A DNA stretch of 64,000 nucleotides, taken from Folioceros fuciformis. Taxonomy: Eukaryota. Position 1 is the stretch's first letter, and each line of letters starts with the position of its first letter. Location: contig JBNGIO010006274.1 of assembly GCA_049999805.1 (NCBI GenBank), positions 81,818 through 145,817 on the forward strand, written 5' to 3'. The notes below the pieces were generated by a model that saw only the letters and a program-made list of their open reading frames with translations, made no database searches and was not told where the DNA came from. Position numbers and translations under genes: made by a program. Shown one piece after another: positions 49,676 to 60,540 of the stretch.

Positions 49676-51563
49676 TAGTAAGCTAGCTGCAAACTAGAAG
49701 ACACCCAACTAGTAAGCTAGTTGCAAACTAGAAGACGCCCAACTAGTAAGCTAGGTGGAAACTAGAAGACGCCCAACTAGTAAGCTAGTTGGAAACTAGA
49801 AGACGCCCAACTATTATGCTACTTGCAAACTAGAAGACACACAACTAGTAAGAACAACGAGAAGCATCACTAGAAAGACTGCAAGATTGCAAGGTCAGGT
49901 ACCTGTTGAACCATGGCAATATGAGGTGGAGACAAGGGGATTTGAGCCAGCAATGGAGTAAGGCATTCCATGCACTTGTGTGTTTATATGCTAGGCTAAG
50001 AGAGGTGTCAACCTAATTTCGTGGTTTATAGCAAGGACAGTTGGTATGCCAACTAGCCTTGTCACCACAATAATGTTGGTGGGCTTGCTTGAGCTAAGAA
50101 ATCAACAAGTTCCTTCATGGTAGCTATGTCTGAGTTCATTGATGGCAGCTGTGTCTAAGAGCCAAAGGCATCTTGTCAGTTTAGCATTACAAAAAGCCTT
50201 TTAGGCAATTGAGATTATGAGCCGAGATTATGAGCCGTCAAAGACATTGTAGGCGTATAGCAATGAGTGCGCTGAAAAGGTCACCCTGGTAATCACTATA
50301 TGCCCGCTCATTCAAGTCTGCACAGTATTTGTCAGCTCATCGATACTATTTATTGTAGAGTAATATAGTAATAAATTAATATACATACATACCTATACAT
50401 GGTATGTTATCATTTACACAAATCAAGATTTGTCACCAGCCTTTTCCAAGAACTTGCAAATGTGCTTAGCAACCAATCAATAGCTCAACAGATGTTCAGC
50501 TCAAGAGATTGATAAGACAAGATCAGTCCTTTATAATGCCATCAAGCAAGCAGCGAAATCATCTAGCTTAACAAAGTGGCACCATGTGTGCAGGTCTAGA
50601 TTTGTAGGTGGTGGCAAACTAGCCGGTATTCCAATGGTGTGCTGGACCTTCACCTTGCCTTCATCAGTGGCACCATGTGTGCATGTCTGGATTTGTAGCT
50701 GGTGGCAAACTAACCGGCATTCCAGTGGTGTGCTGGACCTTCACCTTGCCTTCATAAGCACTTGTCAGGGATCATAAGCCTGGATTTGTGGTTTCGGATG
50801 TCAGGTGGATCTAGGTGCCAAGCTAGCAGGTGCCAAGCTAGCTGCAAACGAGAAGACTCCCAACTGGTAAGAACAACAAGAAGCATCACCGGACATACTG
50901 TAAGGTCAGGTACCTGTTGAGTCATGGCAGTATGAGGAGGAGACAAGAGGATATGAGCTAGCAATGGAGCAAAGCATTCCATGCACTTGTGTGTTTATAT
51001 GCTGGACTAAGAAAGGTGTTAGCCTAATTTTGTGGTTATGGTAGGGACAATTGGTATGCCAACTAGCCTTGCCACCACAATAATGTTGGTGGGCTTACTT
51101 GCGCTAAGAAATCAATAGGTTCATTCATGGTAGTTGTGTCTAAGAGCCAAAGGCATCTTGCCAGTTTAGCATTACAAAAAGCCTTTTAAGCAACTGAGAT
51201 TATGAGCCGTCAAAGGCATTGTAGGCATGTAGCAATGAGTGTGCTGAAAGGGTCACCCACGTAGTCACTATATGCTTGCTCATTCATGTGCGGACAGTAT
51301 TTGTCAACTCATTGATTGGTATTTACTATATAATAATATAATAATATACATACATACCCATACATTGTATATATGTATATATATATACAAGCCATCATGG
51401 CTTGCCAATAGCCTCTTTTTGAGGACTCACACACTCATTAGCCTTGGTTTATGTGAGGCTTTAATCACGTAGAGTGCTAGTATCATAGCACTCATAAAGT
51501 TACAAACACGCACTCATGGAGGTACAAACATGGGCTTGGTGTGGCTATAGGCACTCACCCAAT

Positions 51564-51735
51564 ATAAAAAATTCAGCCCAAAGATCTTGTCATAGCACTA
51601 TCAATTTTCTTGCTCATTATAAAAAATTCAGCCCAGAGATCTTGTCATGGCATTGTCAATTTTCTTGCTTAACATAAAAAATTCAGCCCATAGATCTTGT
51701 CATGGCACTGTCAATTTTCTTGCTCATCATAAAGT
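51564..51735. repeat. 55-bp tandem repeat x3
   Basis: Units ATAAAAAATTCAGCCC... start at 51564, 51619 and 51674. Confidence 0.9.
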
Positions 51736-52350
51736 TATCAGCAATACACTTGTGGTATGAAATCAATGCATCACATTAGAACAATTTGCAGGAATGTCCC
51801 AAGCACACCAAGCAAGTGGACATTCTAGCTTGCTGTACACACTAAGGGCGAGCTGCTGGTGGGGCAGCCCCTCTATCCCCCCTTTATTAGCTCCAAAAAG
51901 GACATCATTGGCATGGATTTATGGCCGGAATGGAGGATCCATGGCACTTGAGCAGTAGTGAAAACCAAAACCAAGTCCTAATGTGTTTATGGTATTTGCA
52001 AATACATTTCCAAATGGATAGTAGTGGTCAGCAAAGGAATCACCTGGTCATAAAATCCAATACCCAAAAACTAAGACAAGAGCACCTCCTCCAACCAAAA
52101 GACAAGCTGTATAATAGATTTCAAAGGAGTATGTGGTCAAACTCACTTACTGAGCCATGTAGCAGTAGGCAGTCTTCCCAAAGCCACCAAGGTAGCAAGG
52201 AGTCAACCAAGGAGAGGGCTAAGGGATCAACATGAGGGGGAGGGGATGCAAGCTTAGAGTGAAGGACCACCAAGCTGTTCTAGGTATAAGAAGAGGAAAA
52301 GTTAACACAAGATATCATGGAGGTACAAATCCAAAGAACCAGGTGTTGCA

Positions 52351-52545
52351 CAAGGAGTGCATTACGGGACATAGTTCTTCTTACTAGCTGCAACTTGGTG
52401 GTAAAGTAAGTCAACAAGGAGTGCATCACGGGACACAGTTCTTCTTACTGGCTGCAACTTGGTGGCAAAGTAAGTCAACAAGGAGTGCATCACGGGACAC
52501 AATTCTTCTTACTGGCTGCAACTTGGTGGCAAAGTAAGTCAACAA
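52351..52545. repeat. 64-bp tandem repeat x3
   Basis: Units CAAGGAGTGCATCACGGGACAC... start at 52351, 52415 and 52479. Confidence 0.92.
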
Positions 52546-52899
52546 CCGCTTAGCATCTAAGGAGCCTTCAATTCCATCAATGCACGGCCTTATTGAAGCC
52601 ATGCCCTAGCCCGCTAGTTGGCAATCAAGTGTAAATGATTTTTATCATATACATACATACCAAAGGGTATGTATGTATGTACCCTCTATAGGGTTATTAA
52701 AGCCCAATGTGCTTAGACTAATGTGTTTAGTCTAAGATTAGTGTCTAAGATTAGCTTAGCTTAAGCTAATCTTTAAGAAGCTTCTTGCGCAGCTTCCAGT
52801 GAGCTTCTTGTGAAGCTTCCTTGGAGCTCTTCTAGAGGGTATAAATACCCCTTGAGCTCCCTTGCAATATAGAGTGAGATTGGGAGAGACTCTATGTGA

Positions 52900-55340
52900 G
52901 AGTGTGACCTCTCTTTCTCCTCTCCTCCTTCACCATGTGGCTCCTATAGCAATCCTTCACCTTCCACCAACCTGATGTGCTTGAAATAATCCATACTAGG
53001 GTGACTGCAATGTGCAGAGCCCTTAGCAGGATGCACACCACAGCACATGGATGTTTTCTTAGCATAGGGAGAAACTTATTGTGAGGAGCTAGTGTGGGTG
53101 GGGAATACCACAACTTGGGCTTGGAAGAGTGGAAGCCATCGGAGAAAAAAGCATTACGAGAATGTCTTCCTTGACCACTCTAGTCCCGGGGAAAGAGCTT
53201 CGTTCCAAAAACTTGGTAATAATTTTAAACAACCTTGCTTCTTGGAAGCCATTAGCCAGAAAGGTGCAGACCAACAGCAAAAGCTCATGTACAGCAGCCT
53301 CAACTGTGGAACAAATCTATGGCAAAGGAAAAACTTGTGAAACAATAACCTTGTATGCTTGGGAGACAGATCTATTAGACTCTAAGTGAATGAACTGCGC
53401 AAATTGGAAAAGGAGTGCCCTTCTTTTGTTGTACTTGGTGTAAGATAACCGTCCACATGGAGGATCTGTGATAGTAAACTCAAAAGAAAAGAAGTGAGTA
53501 GCAATCCCTGTCCTTTTACCTTCCAAATCCTCTCCAAATTTTTCAATCTCAGGTTCAATAGCCACTATATCTAGAGGGTAAATCCAAAATGGTGAATATG
53601 GGGTCCTTGGTGTAGCCAGGTCCAAGAATTTGTTGGGGATTCTCGTGTTAAATCAGCACAAGTGATCCATGTATCTGTGAGCATGTTCAAACAAGGCCAT
53701 AAGGTCAGGTCTTCCAAGTCTAGCCAATCTGCAAATGAATTGTGCTTCATAGTGAAAAAAATATAGATTACACCATTGGGGGGAGCATGAGAATCCCATC
53801 GGTATCCCCAATTGCTGCAACCATACACTATTACCAAATTGGACATAGCAATGTTGCATAAGCTAGTAGTGGATACCACTCAACCGGTCTGATGTAAAAA
53901 GATAGGTAGGTAGAATTGGAGCCTCTTGGGGGCTTACTTGCCCAAGATACATATGTGAATTGAGAAGAGTTGTGATCAAAACGAACATGCAGAAGTAGTT
54001 GCTGTTGTGTTGTACGTCCCTTGTTCACTTGCTTAAAAGCCAAGCCAATGTTAGCATAAGTAGCGGTTTTGAGTGCATCTTCCCCTTAAGTAGCGATTGC
54101 ATTATAGCAGCGTGCAATATCTGCCACAAATAGGTCATGCACCTTGTTTGGCAAGTTTAAGGCCACATCTAAAGTTGAGTCAGTGATTCAATATAAGGAA
54201 GCACATACCTTAAAGAACCTGTAGTACGTGTCTTGTAGGATTGCAGCCCATTCTTTCAAAATGGGGAACAAAGCTTTTGTGGTCATGGTTAATAAATCAG
54301 CTACAATAGAGAAGCAATAGTTGTGTGCATTGGTAAGCCATCTATATTTCAACTTGTGTTGTTTGAAGGTGGCCATGAGGTATGGGAGGCCCCGCTTCAT
54401 ATCATTCTCTAGTTTTGGAAGAAGAAGAGAAATCTCTTGTTGGATCAACCCTAAGCAAGCCTGCGAAGACATTGAGAGGGCTTTAAAATCCAAACTATTA
54501 GCCTTACTAGTGCTTGTTGCCTTATGTGTCTCTTGCAAATGAAACAAGCAGTGTGAGTAGCTTTGTCAAGTCCGAAATGTACAGGGGCTGTAATAACCAA
54601 GAAATTTCATCCTTGATCGAAGATTCTTCAAGGACATATCTTTGGTGTAGCTGCCATCTCTTATTGCATTTGATAGCAGTTTTCAGATGGAACCAACACA
54701 ATTCTATTAGCTGAGTTTTGGCATGATCAATCCACTCAATCTGGAAATAGTGTCCACATTTTTGAAGAATCTCAATGACTTTTACAAAGGCAATACCTAG
54801 GGCATCTACTACAGGTTGTATTCTGGTAGGGTGGAGTGGGATGTGGTTTAAACCTTTGCTAACACAGGTGCATAGACGAGGATGTCGTAGGATATCCAAG
54901 CACATAGTCCAAACATATAAGGAGGAGGGATCCCTTGACGAGGCTGTGGCTTTATCTATAAAAGGGAGAAGCCGTTTGGTAGACATACAACTACATGCAT
55001 TCATATTTGCATGGTTAGAAACATCAAAGCCCGTGAAGACATCTTTGGGACAGTACAGAGTCTTAGAGATGTTCTCCATGTATTTCCAGCCAAAGACAAT
55101 CAGATCAAAATCCACTAACACTTCTTCCTCACAATCTTCCAAAACAAATCTAAAAAGATTAGGGAGAGAGATTCATTCAAAGGCTCTGTTAGCATATAGT
55201 AGATGGACAAAACCAGGGACTGAGGTCTCCTTTTGGGTTAACAAATAGCAATGTCCCAATTCATCAATTTGCACCCTGCGAGAGGTTCCATTCGAAGGCA
55301 CATCCAAAGAGTCTGTTTAGACCAACAAATAAGAAAAATG
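52900..55340 (-). mobile_element. Penelope-like retroelement reverse transcriptase relic (copy 1)
   Basis: ACSC...LDILRHPRL..VSKGLNHIP, LPYLMATFKQHKLKYRWLTNA, FVADIARCY, QQLGIPMGFSCSPQWCNLYF and HRYMDHLC. Many stops and frameshifts; no GIY-YIG endonuclease seen. Confidence 0.72.
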
Positions 55341-55376
55341 GACATTCAGCTATTGTATCATCTATTACCACTCAGT

Positions 55377-55513
55377 AGATAAGTCGTGTCTTCCAAAAGC
55401 ATGATCATAGCAGATAAGTCGTGTCTTCCAAGAGCATGATCATAGCAGATAAGTCGTGTCTTCCAAAAGCATGATCATAGCAGATAAGTCGTGTCTTCCA
55501 ATAGCATGATCAT
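55377..55513. repeat. 35-bp tandem repeat x4
   Basis: Unit AGATAAGTCGTGTCTTCCAAAAGCATGATCATAGC. Confidence 0.95.
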
Positions 55514-55563
55514 ATCGAGACACAATTCTGTTGGAAGACACAGTCTCTTGTGTAATTAAGCTT

Positions 55564-55710
55564 GACATGCCACCACATGCAATGGTTCCTAAAGAGGGAC
55601 CAGAGCAAGCAGACGTGCCACCACATGCAGTGGTTCCGGAAGAGGGACCAGAGCAAGTAGACGTGCCACCACATGCAGTGGTTCCTAAAGAGGGACCAGA
55701 GCAAGCAGAA
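55564..55710. repeat. 48-bp tandem repeat x3
   Basis: Unit GACGTGCCACCACATGCAGTGGTTCCTAAAGAGGGACCAGAGCAAGCA. Confidence 0.93.
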
Positions 55711-55859
55711 ATGCTAGGGGACGATGATGCAAAGTGTTCGGTGAGTTAGGGAGGTGAAACTCTTCGTGGTTTGCTAGGGGCGAAGAACCCTATTCGCTCG
55801 TCGTCCATTAATTCGCTCATCGCTTCGTTTGCCTCATTGCAAATATGTAAGGGGATGAA

Positions 55860-56760
55860 CCCTTAGGAAAGGATGGTCTTGTACGCTTGTGAGACGGCCC
55901 GGTTAGAATCGAGATGGATGAATTGTGCGACCTTAAATGGGAGAGCTTTGCGTTTATCTAACTTCCAAAAGGAATACCGTTTGGTATTGGTATCCTGGAT
56001 GTGAAATTAGAATGACAGAAAGTAAGCATCAATGCCCACTTGCTGTCCTTGAGTATCCATGGTGAAAGCCTGAATGTCAAGCTCAATTGCCACAATGCGA
56101 GAGGGTAGGTCCAAAAGGGACAGTCATCCGTACGCGGGACTGCTGGGTTTAAGAATGCCATTGGCATTCCAGTGTTAGACCAGTAGAGATCATCCATGTA
56201 CCTACGGGCATGGGTGAAACGAGCCATGAGATCCGTACGTCCTAGTCTGGCCAGGTGTCGGATGAAATTAGCCTCCTAGTGGAAGAAGTACAAGTTGCAC
56301 TAGATAGGATTACATGAGAATCCCATGGGGATTCCCAAGTGTTGATGCTAGACCTGGTCACCAAACTATAGAAAGCAAGAGCTCATGAGCCAAAGGTGTA
56401 GTTCAAATAATCTCTTGACAGTAAACTCAATCCAGGTAGCAGCAGCCAAGTGTTTGGGTGCATGAGCAGCCCAAGGCATTGTGGAGAATTTCACCTAGTT
56501 GTGTTCAAACTTCACAAAGAGCTTGTGGTCGAGTTTATGTCCCTCTTGGGCTTTGCAAAAGGAGATCTTGATGCATGCTTGGATGGCTGTTGATAGCTCA
56601 TCCAATGCCCGTATCATGATAGTCACGTAGCAGAGTGCAATTTCTGCGACAAAGATATTTGTAGATGTTGCGGGCAGGTTGAGGGCAACATCGATTGTAG
56701 ACTGGGCAATCCAGTACAAGGATGGGTCAACTTGCAAAAACTGTGTGTATGCCCTTTGTT
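55860..56760 (-). mobile_element. Penelope-like RT relic (copy 2, diverged subfamily)
   Basis: SLYWIAQSTIDVALNLP..IFVAEIALCY, HLGIPMGFSCNP, LARLGRTDLMARFTHARRYMDDL and PFWTYPL, colinear with copy 1. Confidence 0.72.
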
Positions 56761-57262
56761 TTTTTAGCAGCCCAGCCTTTCGGATGTAGGAAGATAGGAG
56801 TAGGCGGTTAGAAGATCCACAACGACAAAAAAACAACAGTCATGGCGGTTGAGAAAGGAAGCGATGTTTCCCGGAAAGGAAAGTTGGTAGTGTAAGAGCT
56901 ACGATATAAAGTCTTGCCATTGCTAGGTACGTATGCACCAACCCAGTGCATTTATAGGGAGTGCATGGCAGAGGTAGGTGTTGGCGGAAAAGGCAGCCGG
57001 GCCAGCCGTCCAGCCCACCCCTGCACAACCGCAATCGTCGTGTGGAAGGAAGAAAGAATAACCGTCACTCTATTCCGTTGAAAGGTTCCAATTTTTCCTT
57101 TAACGTGACATCCAAGCCATAAGGGTTGGTCTGGACGACGCAGGTTAGGAAAGGAGGAACGGTACGAGGGGCCGTCTATGGAAAGGGCAGCGGAAGGTCA
57201 GGAATGAGCAGAAGCATGAGGAAGGTGGAGCGGGAGTGAAGCATGAGTGATCGGACCAGTGC

Positions 57263-59109
57263 ATGAGCATGTCTGGCAGTGGAGACATCGTAGAGTGGGA
57301 GTGGAGCAGCGATGATCAGCACTGGATTGCCTACAGTGCCTCCTGCAGCTCCCTGATAGAGGAAGCGTATGCCGCGGGCTTCTCCAGTGTGCCGCTCTGT
57401 CTCTCGTCCAATCCATCCACCTCCCACACCATCATCTTTGAGGGCCTCCCGCAGCGACAGGTCTCCTTCTTCCCTTTGCCCTTGCGCCCACCTCTTGCTC
57501 CGCTGCTGGCTTCGCCTTCCGTTGGCTGGCTTGTCGGACCTGCTTGTTTGTCGGCTGGGCTCAGGTGAACGTGCGGACGCTGCGGTCGAGGCCCGTAAGG
57601 CGCCAGGTTCTGGGCGGTGGCCCTGTCGGGCAGCGGGTGTCGTGGGAGTGGTGGGAGGTTGAGAGAGGGACGTGGACGCCTTACGCTGCAGCTGCCGCCT
57701 CGCAGATAGAGGCAGCCTGGGCTGAGTGCAGCAGCAGCAGGGCGTGCAACCGAGCCAACGGGCCCTCTGGGCTGCTCTTGTGCATCAGGAATCACTGGTA
57801 CACTATCGAGTTTGAAACTGACGCTCGGCAGTGCAACAATTCCACCATGTTTTGTAGAGGAGTGAGGAGGAGGGCAGTTTCTCAGCCAGCTGCGCCTGCG
57901 GCTTCCCGAGCTTGCAGGTTTACCCTGCCTTGGACCCGATCACGGACCGCGCGAGATCCCGCTGCCCAGGGCCAGCAGGAGGCGCAAGCTACTCAGGAAA
58001 GCCATCCCATTCCCAGTCTAATTCCCATTACCGGTCTAGTTCCCGTTACAGTGCCCGCTCCCGTGCATCTGGGCCAGGTGAATAGTCCATCCCTTAACGA
58101 AGAGTACTTCATTCCCTTCCCGGATTGCAATGAATCCGACGACTGCCCTATCTGCATCTGCAGCCTCACTGCATGGGAGGCAGTGAAGCTTTCCAAGTGC
58201 AGGCACGCGTACCACAGGGCATGCATCCAGCAGTGGTTTAGGAGCAAGCCCACTTGTCCTGAGTGTGCCACCCCTCATGGGGTCATATTGGGTACTCAGC
58301 CAGCAGGAGAGATGAAAGTGCGATATGTTACTCGAGAAAGCGAGGGTGGTCTTTCGGGGTATCCTCATACTGACGTCATCGAGATCAGCTATTACTTTCC
58401 CAGTGGAATTCAGGTATGCATCCTACCCGGAAATAGGGCTTGTACTCTGACGCAGGTCCCTACTTTGTGTGTGGAGTGGAGTGGAGGTCTTCATATTGTG
58501 TTGTGGTCCCGTGGTGGAGGCAGACAGATGAACACCCCAACCCAGGCCGGGCATACACGGGCACCAGGAGAGTTGCGTACTTGCCCAAGAACAAAGACGG
58601 GGAGGATATCTTGGACCTACTCAAAACAGCATGGCAGCGAAAGCTACTCTTTACAGTAGGAACATCTGTGACCACTGGACGACAAAACCAAGTAATGTAT
58701 GTAGCTGTGTCAACTCTTTTGCTTAAACGCCAAAAACACAGCCAACCTCATGTGACGAGACGGAGCTCCTCAATGATACGTTGCTGTGCCTCTGTGCCTT
58801 TGTGTATCTCCTTTGTGTACTGACTGGCTGTCTCCTCTTTAGCTGGGCTGGGATCCATCACAAAACAAACAAACAAGGAGGGGCCGAGTATTACGGCTAT
58901 GTGAGTCACACACTCGGGGACTTTCCGCCCCTGGTGACCTAAACATGCTGTCAGACTGGGCTTCTGTCGTCCTCCTTTTTCGTTAGGAGGAACAGAACCC
59001 GTACGTAGTTGGAACTCACACCATCTGCTGTCGATGTTTGCAGCCTGACGACACTTACTTCGCTCGAGTCCGAAGTGAGCTGGCAGCAGTGGGCGTAACC
59101 TCGTTGTGA
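57263..59109 (+). CDS. DTX: Deltex-family E3 ubiquitin ligase (WWE-WWE-RING-H2-DTC), 5 exons
   Basis: Exons 57263-57460, 57565-58413, 58524-58696, 58843-58900 and 59044-59109 splice in frame through GT-AG introns. Two WWE repeats (VEWEWSSD..WIAY..IEEAY; VSWEWWE..WTPY..IEAAW), RING CPIC..CRHAYHRAC..CPEC, and DTC motifs GTQPAGEM, FPSGIQ.DEHPNPG, RVAYLP, LLFTVGTSVTTG, VIWAGIHHKT, YGYPDDTYFARVRSELAAVGV. Confidence 0.93.
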
Positions 59110-59669
59110 GAGGCGCGGCAAGAAATACTTAGCAGGGGTGCCACCAAGTGTTTAAATTTTCAGAAGCAGAGCTTGGAGAACTTCGATATTGTACATTGTT
59201 TTCTTCAAATGAATTTAATAATAGCAGAGCGGAATAAGTTGTGTGACTGTATTGCATTCGGTTTGGGTGTTATGTCGATGCCGATGCCGATGCGATTGCC
59301 TCCCTCACTCATCGAATCGAGTGTGTTCGCGGGATCACGTGGGTGCGCCATTCCAAAGGTGGTGGTCAGCAGGCTTCTCATGCACGCATGTAGGTTCACG
59401 TACAACTTGCTTCGTCCTTGCGCGTAGTTATCACGTGGTCGGGATGTGGCCCAGATCTGGACCTCATTTCAAAGTACATGTGTTTCATAATGGCACGTCT
59501 CTGGGGTCAGATGGGTACGAGGACAGACCTCGTTTCTCTCGATGTGATGGATGGACACTCTCTTGGAGCTAGTCTGAATTCTATGATACTCTGTTCTCTT
59601 TTGTGAAGTTGATTGTTCAAGCTTGTTTATATTTTATATTATTAACAATATTTCCTCCTTTGTCATCAC

Positions 59670-59674
59670 GGGGG

Positions 59675-59720
<46 letters not shown>

Positions 59721-59742
59721 GGATCGAAACCCGGCGTCTCCA
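59670..59742 (+). tRNA. trnA-UGC: tRNA-Ala (anticodon TGC)
   Basis: 73-nt cloverleaf GGGGGTGTAGCTCAATTGGTAGAGCGCGCGCTTTGCATGCGCGAGGTACCGGGATCGAAACCCGGCGTCTCCA, with the G3:U70 Ala identity pair and discriminator A. Confidence 0.93.
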
Positions 59743-60540
59743 CATCTTGGTCCTCTTAAAATTTTGGGTTTCAGAGTAATCCAAAATTACGGCTTATGCG
59801 CTTGGGGTAGATGGACTTAACACCGGGGTTATGTGCTTTCTGGTGGTTGGACTTGGGGGAGATTCCATCTACCCCAATTAGGATAGGGTACAAGCCCTAG
59901 ATTTCTAGATTTCAAGCCTTGTGGGTAAAGGAGACAACTAAAACCACATATAGGATTAAAAAAAGATAGTTTATAGCACAAGCATAGATTACCCCCTTTT
60001 TTTCTTATCACACCCCTAGTGATAAGAAAAAGGAGAAAAAAGAATATAAAGAATAGTAGCATATTGGGGGAGTGAAATGATTTTAGTCACAGTCATCCCC
60101 TATGTTATGTTATGGCCACTTTTATCCTAAAGTTGTAGGATTACATATTTAGTTCACGCCCTGTATGCTCCAAAGGATTTCCACGTTTTGATGCTTGAAT
60201 CGACCGACAGGTTGATGCGTGGCTGACGAAACGGATGGTTGTCGGTCTACAATAAGCCCTTCGACGAGCTGACGTGAGCCCCGCAGCAGGAACGGATTTT
60301 ACAGTCAATGGGGATTGCAGGTGGTAATATAATAAGATGCCCCGACATTGCAAGACGCAAAGTCACAGGCAGAGGACTGCATCAACAGACAGCACGAGGC
60401 TCAGCAAATTAGTGAGCAAAGCTGGGAGACAAACGGCTCGCAGTGGCTGGCCAGGGCACAATTCCGCTCCAATGGGAGCCAATCATGCTGAAAGCATACT
60501 AGGCCAAAGCGAAGGCTGCCGAGGGTGAAGTAAATTAACA

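Larger units (their letters stand above)
41858..49850. repeat. 34-bp tandem array (~10 units) split by the pogo insertion (41858-42025 and 49676-49850)
   Basis: Unit CTAGTAAGCTAGCTGCAAACTAGAAGACGCCCAA; only one unit is present in module copy 2. Confidence 0.9.
41438..51360. repeat. Two diverged head-to-tail copies of a ~1-kb module (copy 1: 41438-42025 plus 49676-50392; copy 2: ~50402-51358)
   Basis: Both copies start GTATGTTATCATTTA, share long blocks (e.g. GCCAACTAGCCTTG.CACCACAATAATGTTGGTGGGCTT) and end ATACATACATACC. Confidence 0.85.

Noticed and set aside
51564-55710. 35/48/55/64-bp repeats as CRISPR or coding repeats
   Set aside because: They are simple head-to-tail duplications without spacers, and their ORFs have no recognisable product.
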